Positions 37,901 to 47,203 are shown, counted from the stretch's first letter. The stretch: DNA of 64,000 nucleotides from Pseudomonadota bacterium (GCA_039025395.1 JBCCOK010000011.1:5961-69960), one strand, 5' to 3'. The notes: generated by a model not told the origin, from the sequence alone. A program made the numbers and translations.

Positions 37901-38604
37901 CCCCGCTGGTTCAACATCGACCCGAGCCCCTCCATCAAGGCAAGTGTGCGGTCGGTCAAATCGCCGAGGTCGGAAATCTCAAAAGGTTTTCGGTCTGCAG
38001 TTGGTGAAACCGCAGCCATTGCCCGCTGCAAACGCCCTGCATCGATGAGGCCACCACGGATTTCGATATGCGCGATTTCAAGCTGACCCGACAATAACGG
38101 GAGCATCTTTAAGGCGATCCGGATCCGCTCAGCATGTAGAAGTTCGCCGCCATCCTCCGGCGCTTCCAAGCCAACGTCTCTTGCCTCCAAAGCGATGAGG
38201 CCACGCCTTGCAAACTGGACGCGGGTGCTTCCGATCGATGCGCTGTATTGCTCGCCGACCGCAGTCTGAAGGAGTTTGCGCGCCTGATTTGTCAGCGGAC
38301 CGTTAAAGAGGCCACTCTGAAGGACCAAAAAACCGGCCAGACCAATGAGCACTACGAAAAGAGAAACAAAGGCAAAAGCGTGCGAACACACATAAGCCCA
38401 ACCATGAGGGCGTGGCGTGTGCACGATGATCGGATCGATGGCTTTTGCAGACGGCAAATCGTGCAGGGCCTTCGGGTCCTGCCGACCTTTCGGTTTATGC
38501 GCGCCGTTATTGATCATCATTAAGTATGCGTCTGCTACCGTGAGAGCCCTTCCGCCTACACTTGGGGATATTTGTTTGTACACGTGGACGATCGGGCCTT
38601 CCAC
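34945..38604 (-). CDS. Large AsmA-like/YhdP-family envelope protein
   Basis: 1219 aa with a single N-terminal TM helix and a long beta-rich body. The C-terminal block GTFMPAYGLNRIFGEIPIIGAILGNGRDRGLIGITFRLTGDLEDPRLEINPIS is typical of the YhdP/AsmA C-terminal region. The exact start is uncertain. Confidence 0.8.
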   Translation of the reverse strand: MEGPIVHVYKQISPSVGGRALTVADAYLMMINNGAHKPKGRQDPKALHDLPSAKAIDPIIVHTPRPHGWAYVCSHAFAFVSLFVVLIGLAGFLVLQSGLFNGPLTNQARKLLQTAVGEQYSASIGSTRVQFARRGLIALEARDVGLEAPEDGGELLHAERIRIALKMLPLLSGQLEIAHIEIRGGLIDAGRLQRAMAAVSPTADRKPFEISDLGDLTDRTLALMEGLGSMLNQRGTQWIFVTDTTITGFGSSDAPGRTPLAMNVQSAEIAERNEDGLTVAANISYAGQDIRLSAEAVRDESLAGRTRLTAQITGLHSGKMIWALSQNPRRKFRMESGVDIDINAVASDDTQSTELAAQIRISPGELFMDGVAAQIEPSTINLAFDPQKKSVEFLRSRLMIGDSAYTFRGGIIDLNNLPADTHPDAQVQQGVAVDLIVDEAIVAPTDSSEPPVQVAMKAFARYVRSERRLDVDEFIVSGRSGTMYSSASWQFSDTSPEVGFVATIDKMDTATVKQLWPYWIAKGARRWVHGNVFGGTVTDGRISILIPSGRMAASPGALKLDGNQLQIDFDISDARFDVAGDIPPVRDSHGLLALRGNNLELKIDGGTSYFPTGRNVAVSDGFFVIDQTDAIPLMADLDISVSGDASAVAELISYQPINALEQTPWEASDFEGTVSTRLAVTFGLIESQNPPAPQWLADVQLDGVTMGPRIDGAKITDATGTMRVDPDTIKIEADAGINGMQARLNFTEPMDRGNADSAERVLRLRLTEDDRQKFAPQLNEYIEGTVYLTTRLGRDGRQEIDADLTEARLVLPWIGWSKGKGIKSNATFEIIPSEAANQVASADAETVADDDAGLGMPSVFSVAGFSLTGEGFSAQGNVDFVYGEVTQATFQRVSLARNDSFAIDLEKNGQTYVVNVAGRALDMRSTIKHLMGESDVSSGSNEASKIELKVRADEAFGFNGETVSDLRIDYAGQGETILGLEMTGTLSGGGTLKAVGTYGGSGLVLSAVSNDAGDVARLTDLYPKIEGGNLDIQLVKAGDGPYIGTVEINDFNVVNDDNLRRLVSASPNGGESLNQAVRRDIDVSRAGFEQAYVRIDKGQGYLRVSDGIARGTDIGLAYQGTVFDENSGMNITGTFMPAYGLNRIFGEIPIIGAILGNGRDRGLIGITFRLTGDLEDPRLEINPISLIAPGIFRSIFQFRNDAPLPSTAPRNRVTPAQSR

Positions 38605-38659
38605 TATATATAGCTGCGAATTCCTATCAACAGGTTGAGATATTTGCGGAGTAGAATGG

Positions 38660-39124
38660 ATGACAGCGCTTACCGAAGGAATGAAAGCACCGGACTTCGA
38701 ATTGCCACGAGACGGAGGCGAAACAGCAAAGCTTTCGCAGTATTTTGGACGTAAGCTTGTCCTCTATTTCTATCCAAAGGACGATACGAGCGGCTGCACC
38801 AAAGAGGCATTGGCATTTACCGAGTTGAAAGACAAGTTTAATGCGGCTGGCGCAGATATTCTCGGCATGTCGCCGGACAGCGCAACAAAACACGACAAGT
38901 TCATTTCAAAGCATGAGTTGTCCGTGCCTCTCGCATCCGATGAAGACAAGACAACGCTTGAGGCTTACGGCGTCTGGGTCGAAAAAAGCATGTATGGAAA
39001 GAAGTACATGGGTGTAGAACGCTCGACTTTTCTCATCGATGAAGGCGGCAAAATCGAGAAGATCTGGCGCAAGGTGAAAGTGCCGGGCCACGCTGAAGAA
39101 GTGCTTGCAACGGTGACCGGATAA
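38660..39124 (+). CDS. bcp: Thioredoxin-dependent peroxiredoxin Bcp
   Basis: APDFELPRDGG..., YFYPKDDTSGCTKEA (peroxidatic Cys motif). 154 aa. Confidence 0.92.
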   Translation: MTALTEGMKAPDFELPRDGGETAKLSQYFGRKLVLYFYPKDDTSGCTKEALAFTELKDKFNAAGADILGMSPDSATKHDKFISKHELSVPLASDEDKTTLEAYGVWVEKSMYGKKYMGVERSTFLIDEGGKIEKIWRKVKVPGHAEEVLATVTG

Positions 39125-39146
39125 GATCCTCCTTTCACAAATCGAC

Positions 39147-40001
39147 GTGGTGCTGCAAACATCCATGATGACGGACCATCACGATCGACCATTTCAGACT
39201 TTGCGTGAAGGCGCCAACCTCGCAATCGCGGCGTCTGACGTTGACGAGAAAACGGCGCTTGCACAGACCGCCGCGGCCAGGTGGTTTGCGCGCGCCGTTT
39301 CGATACGCTCACCGCTCGACTCGCCGGTCGCCGAAAGGCCTGGACGGCCTCCACGCCCCGAGCTCTTGCCGCCTCGAATGGTAAAGAAACGCAGTCTGAA
39401 TTCGACGGCGGGTCGCGTCGCCCTCTTGCATGCAATCGCCCATATCGAACTGAACGCCGTAGACCTCGCTCTCGACATTGTCGCCCGCTTCGCCAGCGAA
39501 CCGGTACCGCACTCCTTTTTTGACGGTTGGATGCAGGTCGCATTTGAGGAAGCCAAACACTTCAGGCTTGTCCGCGATCGACTTCGAGCACAGGGCGCCG
39601 ACTACGGGGACCTGCCCGCACATGACGGCCTTTGGCAGGCCGCACATGATACACGCAACGACCTCACGGCACGGCTGGCGGTGGTACCGCTGATTCTCGA
39701 AGCACGCGGACTGGATGTTACCCCATCGCTGCAGACACGCATGGTCGAATCAGGCGACACGAAAAGTGCAGCCGTCCTCGACATCATCTATAACGACGAA
39801 AAAAAACATGTTGCCGTTGGCGCAAAATGGTTCCGTTTTTTGTGCAATCGAGAGCGCAAAAATCCGGACGAAACATTCCGCTCGCTTGTCCGCGCGAACT
39901 TCCGCGGGCAACTCAAAGCTCCGTTCAACGACATCGCAAGGGCCGAAGCTGGATTGACACCTTCGTTCTATCGCAGCCTGTCCTCCGCAAACGCCTCCTG
40001 A
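39147..40001 (+). CDS. DUF455 ferritin-like (di-iron) family protein
   Basis: LLHAIAHIELNAVDLALD..., FEEAKHF and DEKKHV look like ferritin-like ExxH-type motifs. The start may be the ATG at 39165. Confidence 0.75.
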   Translation: MVLQTSMMTDHHDRPFQTLREGANLAIAASDVDEKTALAQTAAARWFARAVSIRSPLDSPVAERPGRPPRPELLPPRMVKKRSLNSTAGRVALLHAIAHIELNAVDLALDIVARFASEPVPHSFFDGWMQVAFEEAKHFRLVRDRLRAQGADYGDLPAHDGLWQAAHDTRNDLTARLAVVPLILEARGLDVTPSLQTRMVESGDTKSAAVLDIIYNDEKKHVAVGAKWFRFLCNRERKNPDETFRSLVRANFRGQLKAPFNDIARAEAGLTPSFYRSLSSANAS

Positions 40002-40042
40002 ACCGGCACTAGGCAAAGCTTTGTTAACCTTAACGCCTTCTA

Positions 40043-41353
40043 ATGCAGCGGGCATTGAGGTTGAATTTCTCGGGGGAAAGCGTGTCGCAAAGTTCGGTAA
40101 ACCGCGTCTTCGGAAAACGTGCCAAACAGCATACAATCATTCTGGCCAGCGGTGACAAGGTCCGCCATTGGACAATTCGGCCCTGGATGCTGGGGATAGC
40201 GGCGAGTTTCCTGGCCGTCGTGGCAATGGGTTACATTCTCGGCACAACCTACCTTGTGTTGCGCGATGACATCATAAGCGCAACCATGGCCAGACAGGCG
40301 CGGATCCAGCATGCCTACGAAGACAGAATTGCCTCTTTGAGATCACAGGTTGACCGGATCACAAGTCGCCAGTTGCTTGACCAGCAGGTGATGGACGACA
40401 AGATGACCCGTCTGATGGAGCAGCAGGCCACTTTAAGGACACGCCACGGCCGGTTGGACAACCTTCTTAAACGCGCCGACGTCGTCGAATTCGTTCCGGC
40501 TCGTATTCCTGTTCCCCGTTCCCGTCCGGAACAAAAGGCGGCAAAAGAAAGTCATCAACGGGCAGCAGCGAAACAGCAGCGTCTTGCGCCTCTGCAAAGG
40601 CCACCGGCCGATACGCTCAGACAAACGAACAGCCATGCCTACGCAGCAGAACCGTCCCGCGCTTCCGGTGCCGGAGATGTATTTGACAATGTGCTCAACT
40701 CCCTGAGGGAGATGGAACAGGAGCAGTTCAAGAAGGTTCAATACCTCACGTCAAACGCCTACCAGACTGCTGAGACGATACACTCTATTCTTGAGCAGAC
40801 GGGCATCCCGGGCCGCGCCAAGAGTGGAATCGGCGGACCTTTCGTAAGCTCCGACGAAGGCATCGGCTTTGATACTTCGCTCAATGATCTTGGCATGGCA
40901 CTTGAAATGCTGGAGAAAGCCAAGCTGAAGGCGAAACAGGCACCTGTCGCCCACCCGGCTCCGGGCCACCCCATCTCCAGCCGGTTTGGCAAACGACGGG
41001 ATCCATTTCTCAAGCGCATGGCGCACCATGCCGGCATCGATTTCAGGACCGGTTACGGCACCCATATTCTGGCAACAGGCGATGGCACAGTCGTATTTGC
41101 AAAGCGCAAGGGCGGTTACGGCAAAATGGTAGAAGTTGATCACGGCAACGGAATTACAACACGCTATGCGCATCTGTCGCGCATATCGGTAAAGCCTGGA
41201 GACAGGGTGACGGTCGGCATGAAAGTCGGCACTGCAGGCAGTACAGGCCGATCCACTGGACCACATCTGCATTACGAAGTGCGGATCAACAACAAGGCGG
41301 TTAATCCACAAAGATTCCTTACAGCCGGTCAGCAACTGGAAACATATCTTTGA
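40043..41353 (+). CDS. M23 family metallopeptidase (LytM-type) with N-terminal TM and coiled coil
   Basis: HHAGIDFRTGYGTHILATGDGTV...GKMVEVDHGNGITTRYAHLS...STGPHLHYEVR (HxxxD and HxH zinc motifs). Confidence 0.85.
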   Translation: MQRALRLNFSGESVSQSSVNRVFGKRAKQHTIILASGDKVRHWTIRPWMLGIAASFLAVVAMGYILGTTYLVLRDDIISATMARQARIQHAYEDRIASLRSQVDRITSRQLLDQQVMDDKMTRLMEQQATLRTRHGRLDNLLKRADVVEFVPARIPVPRSRPEQKAAKESHQRAAAKQQRLAPLQRPPADTLRQTNSHAYAAEPSRASGAGDVFDNVLNSLREMEQEQFKKVQYLTSNAYQTAETIHSILEQTGIPGRAKSGIGGPFVSSDEGIGFDTSLNDLGMALEMLEKAKLKAKQAPVAHPAPGHPISSRFGKRRDPFLKRMAHHAGIDFRTGYGTHILATGDGTVVFAKRKGGYGKMVEVDHGNGITTRYAHLSRISVKPGDRVTVGMKVGTAGSTGRSTGPHLHYEVRINNKAVNPQRFLTAGQQLETYL

Positions 41354-41563
41354 GGTAGCCCTTGCATGCAGGGCTGCGCAAAACATCTGTTATGTTTGGC
41401 GATATTGCCTTTCGCTGCCACAAAAACCCCATATTTTGCGTGAACGGCAGGCAAACTCCGTGATTTTCTTGACTTTAGTGGATGATCGGAATAGTCGGAG
41501 CGCACATAAGGCGGCGCTACGAAAACACGTAAGTTTGCTACTGGAACAGGTTAGTTTCTCCCG

Positions 41564-42967
41564 TTGGTAACATTTTCTGATCTTGGCTTAAGCCAAAAAG
41601 TCCTCTCAGCTGTAGAAGACGCTGGGTACGCGACACCGACACCAATTCAGGCAGGCGCTATCCCGCCCGCGTTGGCACGCCGCGATCTACTTGGAATTGC
41701 GCAGACAGGCACCGGCAAGACCGCGTCGTTTGTTCTTCCGATGTTGAACCTGCTGGAAAAGGGTCGCGCCCGACAGCGTATGCCGCGCACGTTGATTCTC
41801 GAACCGACCCGCGAGTTGGCTGCACAGGTAGAAGAGAATTTTGTCAACTACGGCAAGTATCACAAACTCAATATCGCCCTGCTCATCGGCGGCGTTTCCT
41901 TCGACGATCAGGATCGCAAACTCGAACGCGGCGCCGATGTGCTAATCGCAACGCCCGGGCGGCTTCTCGATCATTTCGAACGCGGCAAGCTTTTGCTGAC
42001 CGGAGTGGAAATATTCGTCATAGACGAAGCAGACCGCATGTTGGACATGGGTTTCATCCCTGACATAGAGCGCATCGCGAAGCTCATTCCATTCACCCGC
42101 CAGACCCTGTTTTTCTCAGCGACCATGCCGCCGGAGATCCAGACGCTTGCTGACCGGTTTCTGCAAAATCCGGAAGAGGTCAAGGTGGCGCCGCCGGCGA
42201 CGGCCGCGACAACGGTCGAACAGCGGCTCGTCGCGGCTGGCGGGAAGGACTTCGAAAAACGGGCCGTCCTGCGCGACCTCATCCGCGAACAGGCAGACCT
42301 GAAGAACGCCATCATTTTTTGCAACCGAAAGCGGGATGTCTCGGACCTTTTCCGTTCCCTCGAGCGTCATGAATTCAATGTTGGCGCTTTGCACGGGGAC
42401 ATGGATCAACGTGCGCGGATGACCATGCTTCACAACTTCCGGGAAGGCAATTTGAAGCTGCTCGTTGCCTCAGATGTCGCTGCGCGCGGGCTCGACATAC
42501 CGGACGTCAGCCACGTCTTCAATTTCGATGTGCCCATCCATGCCGAAGACTATGTGCACCGCATCGGGCGCACCGGAAGAGCGGGACGAGCCGGACAAGC
42601 CTTTACGTTGGTAACCAAACGAGATGCTAAATTCGTCGATTCAATTGAGAACCTTATTGGCGAAAAAATAGAACGGCATAATGAAGAAGGTTTTGCGTTT
42701 TCGAGACAGGAAGACGAAACTGAAAAGCCGAAATCGAAGACCCCTGCAACTGCCAAGCCAAAGTCGGCTAGCCGAAAAAAGGTTGCGGAAGATCAGGCAT
42801 CGGTTTCTGAAAAAATGCCGGCCTCGGCTCGAAAGAAAGACAACGCCGCAACCAATGACAACGATGACCGGCGCAGGCGCAGGCGCTCGGATATCGACGA
42901 CCAGCCCACTCCCATCGGCTTTGGCGACGATATCCCGGCATTCATGATGATCGGCGCAAAGCACTGA
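41564..42967 (+). CDS. DEAD-box ATP-dependent RNA helicase (RhlE-like) with basic C-terminal tail
   Basis: Q-motif region, AQTGTGKT, DEAD (VIDEADRM), SAT, HRIGRTGRAG. TTG start as in the track. Confidence 0.92.
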   Translation: MVTFSDLGLSQKVLSAVEDAGYATPTPIQAGAIPPALARRDLLGIAQTGTGKTASFVLPMLNLLEKGRARQRMPRTLILEPTRELAAQVEENFVNYGKYHKLNIALLIGGVSFDDQDRKLERGADVLIATPGRLLDHFERGKLLLTGVEIFVIDEADRMLDMGFIPDIERIAKLIPFTRQTLFFSATMPPEIQTLADRFLQNPEEVKVAPPATAATTVEQRLVAAGGKDFEKRAVLRDLIREQADLKNAIIFCNRKRDVSDLFRSLERHEFNVGALHGDMDQRARMTMLHNFREGNLKLLVASDVAARGLDIPDVSHVFNFDVPIHAEDYVHRIGRTGRAGRAGQAFTLVTKRDAKFVDSIENLIGEKIERHNEEGFAFSRQEDETEKPKSKTPATAKPKSASRKKVAEDQASVSEKMPASARKKDNAATNDNDDRRRRRRSDIDDQPTPIGFGDDIPAFMMIGAKH

Positions 42968-42999
42968 CCGAAGAATAGTACCGACGCGATCGGCCGGTC

Positions 43000-43317
43000 T
43001 TACTTTGCACGCAGCGCCGCCTCATAGGCTAGCAACACCCATTTTTTCATTTCGTCAGGATCGTCAAGTGCATCATTTGGCACGGACCAATAGGGCATTT
43101 TGACCGGGCTCTTCTTGCCGCTGTAGACCCATTGCGCCGCGCCCGCCTGTGCGAATTTTCCGGCGCTTTCGCCATCGGCTTTCAACAGGATTTCGCCATC
43201 CACCTCGACGGCCAGGATACGTCCCTTATGATAAATTCCCTTGCCGCCGAACATCCGCTTGATCGTGACCGTGCCCAACCCCTCAAACATGTCGTGAATG
43301 GCTTCGTTGTCCATCAT
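43000..43317 (-). CDS. TfoX/Sxy N-terminal domain family protein
   Basis: FEGLGTVTIKRMFGGKGIYHKGRILAVEVDGEILLK...YWSVP. ORF trimmed to the MMDNE start. Confidence 0.7.
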   Translation of the reverse strand: MMDNEAIHDMFEGLGTVTIKRMFGGKGIYHKGRILAVEVDGEILLKADGESAGKFAQAGAAQWVYSGKKSPVKMPYWSVPNDALDDPDEMKKWVLLAYEAALRAK

Positions 43318-43479
43318 TGTACCTCGATAAGAACATAGCATGAACATACAGATCCTGGCGCGGTGTGCAAGCTGAGTTGTGAATGACCATTGATTGATGC
43401 TTCGCCACGTTTGGCCTATCTAGTACCGAGAGGCAGCAACAGTCGCTCCTATTGACAACAGCACGGCAGAATAGACGTA

Positions 43480-44160
43480 GTGTTTTGGATTGCGGCAATA
43501 ATTTTGATGATGGGGCTGGCTTTCGGGCCAACGCTGTGGGTGCGGCGCGTCATGGGAAAGCATGCCTCAGACCGCCATGACTTCCCCGGAACCGGTGGCG
43601 AGTTTGCGCGCCATCTTCTTGACTATCACGGGCTGAATGATGTGAGCGTCGAGACGACGACCCACGGTGACCATTACGACGCAGGCGCAAAGACAGTGAG
43701 ACTTTCGGAAGCCCTTCACAACGGGAAATCGGTGACAGCAGTCGCCGTCGCCGCACACGAAGTCGGCCATGCGCTACAGGATCGAGACGGATACAGGCCG
43801 CTGAAATGGTGTCACCGTCTGGTTACGACGGCCAATCTAACGGATCGGATAGGAATGCTGCTCGTCGTTGCCCTTTCAGCCATCGGCAGCGCGGCGCTTT
43901 CGCCACGCGTCCTGCTCTTCGGGCTGGCCGCGATTGTGCTGATCGGCTTGGTTCGCGTTGCCGCCTATCTCATCATGCTGCCGGTCGAGTTCGATGCAAG
44001 CTTCCGGCGCGCGTTTCCGATTATGGTACAAGGCGATTACCTGCCCGAAGAAGATTTGCCCGCAGTCCGTTCCGTCCTGAAAGCGGCAGCTTACACCTAT
44101 GTTGCTGCCTCGCTGTTCCAGGTTCTCAATCTGCTGCGGATCTTGCGGGTTTTGCGGTAG
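43480..44160 (+). CDS. Membrane zinc metallopeptidase (YugP / Zn_peptidase_2-like)
   Basis: HEVGH zinc motif (AVAVAAHEVGHALQD), an N-terminal TM helix and C-terminal TM helices. GTG start. Confidence 0.8.
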   Translation: MFWIAAIILMMGLAFGPTLWVRRVMGKHASDRHDFPGTGGEFARHLLDYHGLNDVSVETTTHGDHYDAGAKTVRLSEALHNGKSVTAVAVAAHEVGHALQDRDGYRPLKWCHRLVTTANLTDRIGMLLVVALSAIGSAALSPRVLLFGLAAIVLIGLVRVAAYLIMLPVEFDASFRRAFPIMVQGDYLPEEDLPAVRSVLKAAAYTYVAASLFQVLNLLRILRVLR

Positions 44161-44299
44161 ACACCGTCAAAAGGGCAATTATTGAAGCGTTTTGACCGCC
44201 CGCCGCCGTTCGACGAAGCGCGTTGACGGCGGATTACTTCGACTGAAAAAGACCGTTGCGGCGAGGCCGCGAAGCGTGTATTCCCCGTCGCAATGTCGG

Positions 44300-44376
<77 letters not shown>

Positions 44377-44431
44377 AAGGGACGCGTCTCGTCGGAACGG
44401 AGTTGCGTCGGGCTAACAGCGAGCGTCTTCC

Positions 44432-44737
44432 ATGTCCGCTAGAATTTATCGACCAGCCAAAACGGCCATGCAAGCGGGCAAAGCCAAAACCCATCTCTGG
44501 GTACTCGAATACGAGCCCGAAGTGCCACGCACCATTGATCCGATCATGGGTTACACGTCATCTAGCGATATGAAACAGCAACTTAAGCTGACATTCGAGA
44601 CACGCGAGGATGCGGTAGGCTACGCCGAGCGTAACGGCATACCGTATCGGGTGATTGAACCCCATGATCCAAAGAGAAGACGTGTCGCTTATGCCGACAA
44701 TTTCCGCTTCAACCGACGCCAACCATGGACCCATTGA
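44432..44737 (+). CDS. ETC complex I NDUFS4-like (AQDQ/18-kDa subunit homologue) protein
   Basis: 101 aa. ARIYRPAKTAMQAGKAK...W.LEYE...DPIMGYTSS.D....L.F...E.AV.YAERNGI.Y matches the conserved bacterial NDUFS4-like family. Confidence 0.85.
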   Translation: MSARIYRPAKTAMQAGKAKTHLWVLEYEPEVPRTIDPIMGYTSSSDMKQQLKLTFETREDAVGYAERNGIPYRVIEPHDPKRRRVAYADNFRFNRRQPWTH

Positions 44738-44814
44738 GGCCCCGTAGCTCAACCGGATAGAGCAAGCGCCTTCTAAGCGCTAGGTTGCAGGTTCGAGTCC
44801 TGCCGGGGTCGCCA
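44738..44814 (+). tRNA. tRNA-Arg (anticodon UCU)
   Basis: Manual cloverleaf: acceptor GGCCCCG/CGGGGTC (one G-U pair), anticodon stem AGCGC/GCGCT with loop CTTCTAA, T-arm GCAGG-TTCGAGT-CCTGC, encoded CCA. It begins immediately after the preceding stop codon. Confidence 0.93.
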
Positions 44815-44878
44815 CGAATGCATTGCCAGTTTCGCTCAACCGACGGGCGCGATTGAGAACGGGCGTTTGGCGCGGGTC

Positions 44879-45115
44879 CTATTTTTTTCGCGGTTCCAAA
44901 TACGTATCTGACAGATCGTCAAAGGTTTTCATCAACGCATCAAGGTCGCCTTCCAATTGCCGCTGCCTCTGCCGCTGTCGCAGGGTGTGGTCGGAAAGAC
45001 GATCGAAGGTATCCTGAGCCCATAAGTCCAGATGATCTGCGCGCCTTTTCGGCAGCGTTATGTTGTTCCAGCCATCATATGCAACGAAATCGCTATCCCC
45101 ATCACGCTTACTCAT
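44879..45115 (-). CDS. Hypothetical small charged protein
   Basis: 78 aa from the ATG at 45115 (the ORF runs to a GTG at 45142). Charged, coiled-coil-like, with an RQRQRQRQ run. No family recognised and the SD is weak. Confidence 0.35.
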   Translation of the reverse strand: MSKRDGDSDFVAYDGWNNITLPKRRADHLDLWAQDTFDRLSDHTLRQRQRQRQLEGDLDALMKTFDDLSDTYLEPRKK

Positions 45116-45458
45116 GACGCTACTAGCCTCTTTCCTTATCACGCAGGATGAAATCGCATACAGATCGGGCTAGAAAAATGTCCCCTCTTCATTATCCGCC
45201 CCGTAATCACGTTGTTAGGCTAGCAACAGATGACTTCCATGCAAGCAACGCTAACAATAGAGTGCGGTTATCCCCGCAATTATCCACAACCACATCTGCC
45301 TTCGATGCGGATTGAAAAAAGTAATACACGTTTTAAGTTAAGTACTGAAGTAATACCCGCTTTTGAAGAACCGATCACGTCCGCATATTTTTGGCGGCCC
45401 TCATGCAACCGTCTCGTTCGGCATGTGTCCGTTTTTTCAGTTATGAACCGCCATTGGC

Positions 45459-45938
45459 TTAGCTCGGATCGATAATCGGGTGTTTGACCGTATCACCTTC
45501 TTTCAGGTCAATCTTCTCGGCGATGCCGCTATTGAGTTCCAGCACATAAAGCACCGGCTCGCTTGAGCGAATAATCTCCTCAGAATGCGGGATTGCGTTG
45601 TAGTGAATGTCAGCAACGGTTCCGTCAGTTCTGATGAAGATCATGTCGAGCGGAATATAGGTGTTCTTCATCCACATCGCGACCGGCTGCACACGGTCAA
45701 AGCGGAAGAGCATTCCGGCATCTTCAGCCATTTGTCTCCGAAACATTAGCCCCTTTGCACGGTCTTGATTATTGAGGGCCAGTTCGACCGAGAAGCGGTG
45801 CGTACCCGAACCCGTCACAATATCGAGACGGCTGGCATCCGACGCCTGCACATGACCCGGCAGCAAAACGATCAAAAATGCAATCAGCGCCGCCGCGCGC
45901 ACAGCAATGGTCGTGAGTGTGTTCGCATCCTGCTTCAT
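45459..45938 (-). CDS. DUF192 domain-containing protein (secreted)
   Basis: Signal-like N-terminus. GLMFR...MLF....PVAMWMKNTYIPLDMIF....G.V....NA.P is the DUF192 core. Confidence 0.8.
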   Translation of the reverse strand: MKQDANTLTTIAVRAAALIAFLIVLLPGHVQASDASRLDIVTGSGTHRFSVELALNNQDRAKGLMFRRQMAEDAGMLFRFDRVQPVAMWMKNTYIPLDMIFIRTDGTVADIHYNAIPHSEEIIRSSEPVLYVLELNSGIAEKIDLKEGDTVKHPIIDPS

Positions 45939-46001
45939 GGTGCCAAACTGCCCCAGTCCGCACCACCGCGCAATAGCCGAAGGACGCTTAAGGGCTCACA
46001 T

Positions 46002-46580
46002 TTAATGCGATTTTGGAAAGTCCGCGTCGATGTCCGGATGGATCTCCGCCGCCATGAGACCCTTCTCGCCCTCACCGAAGCGAACCAGAACCACCTGCCC
46101 CGGCCGCAGCTCGGCCAAGCCGTAACGGCGTAAGGTTTCCATGTGGATGAATATGTCTTCTGTGCCTTCGCCGCGCGTGAGGAAACCGAAACCCTTCGAA
46201 CGATTAAACCACTTGACCAGTGCGCGTTCGAGACCGCTCGTCGGCGTTACCTGGACGTGCGTGCGCACCGGCGGCAGTTGCGACGGATGCACTGCTGTCG
46301 ACTGGTCCATCGATAGAATCCGAAAGGCTTGATAGCCCCGGTCGCGCTTCTGGATTTCACACACCACCCTCGTTCCTTCAAGGGCAGTCTGAAACCCGTC
46401 ACGACGCAGGCACGTCACGTGCAATAGGACATCCGGCAGGCCGTTATCGGGCACGATGAAGCCAAAACCCTTGGCGACGTCAAACCATTTAATGACGCCT
46501 GAAATTTCTATCAGATCTACGGCTTCAGAGGACAATGCGGATTCTGCCGCATCACCCTTGCCTGGAGATTTGTCCCCCAT
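46002..46580 (-). CDS. Cold-shock protein with two tandem cold-shock domains
   Basis: Two CSDs: IKWFDVAKGFGFIVPDNG..DVLLHV and VKWFNRSKGFGFLTRGEGTEDIFIHM (RNP1-like KGFGF twice). Confidence 0.88.
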   Translation of the reverse strand: MGDKSPGKGDAAESALSSEAVDLIEISGVIKWFDVAKGFGFIVPDNGLPDVLLHVTCLRRDGFQTALEGTRVVCEIQKRDRGYQAFRILSMDQSTAVHPSQLPPVRTHVQVTPTSGLERALVKWFNRSKGFGFLTRGEGTEDIFIHMETLRRYGLAELRPGQVVLVRFGEGEKGLMAAEIHPDIDADFPKSH

Positions 46581-46762
46581 TCACCCCGGCCTCTCGAACA
46601 CACAAACCCCAAGAATCAAGGATTGATTCTCTGGCCAAGGATAACATCGGTAACGCGAGGTGATGCAAGCATTTGTTTGCTCGCGGGCAAAAATCTCAAC
46701 GCCCTTGTTTATACTGCTCGGTACTATAACTTCCTCTAAGTTTGAAAATCATGGAAAGATCA

Positions 46763-47203
46763 ATGCGTTATCTACATACAATGGTTCGTGTCAGGGATGT
46801 TGATGAATCTCTGGACTTTTTCTGCAACAAACTCGGCCTTGTGGAAATCCGCAGGGTGGACAGTGAGCCAGGCCGCTTTACACTCATTTTTCTCGCCGCG
46901 CCTGAAGATAAGGAAGCCGGCGAAAGGAACAGCGCGCCCTTGCTTGAACTCACATACAATTGGGATCCGGAAGACTACACAGGCGGTCGAAACTTTGGCC
47001 ATCTTGCGTTTCAGGTCGGTGATATTTACGGGCTGTGCCAGTCTCTGATGGACAAAGGCATTACCATCAACCGGCCGCCGCGCGACGGACGTATGGCCTT
47101 CATCCGGTCGCCCGACGGGATCTCGATCGAACTGCTGCAGCGCGGCGATTCGCTTCCGCAGCAGGAGCCATGGCTGTCGATGGAAAATACCGGCAGCTGG
47201 TAA
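46763..47203 (+). CDS. gloA: Lactoylglutathione lyase (glyoxalase I, VOC family)
   Basis: [20 protein letters not shown]...LELTYNW....Y..G..FGHLAF.V.D......L...G.....PRDG.MAFI.SPDG..IEL. The ORF starts at 46742 (TTG), with ATGs at 46751 and 46763. Confidence 0.88.
   Translation: MRYLHTMVRVRDVDESLDFFCNKLGLVEIRRVDSEPGRFTLIFLAAPEDKEAGERNSAPLLELTYNWDPEDYTGGRNFGHLAFQVGDIYGLCQSLMDKGITINRPPRDGRMAFIRSPDGISIELLQRGDSLPQQEPWLSMENTGSW

Noticed and set aside
45143-45458. Chromosomal replication origin (oriC) hypothesis for the DnaA-box cluster
   Set aside because: Only one perfect box and two near-boxes are present. The flanking genes (tRNA-Arg, DUF192, csp) are not the usual alphaproteobacterial oriC context. 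No CtrA TTAA-N7-TTAA sites were seen. GC skew cannot be evaluated in one window. It is kept as a low-interest regulatory observation.
45230-45475. 81-aa plus-strand ORF in the AT-rich gap
   Set aside because: There is no SD, its composition is atypical, it overlaps the end of the DUF192 gene, and it spans the DnaA-box-like motifs. It is more likely non-coding.
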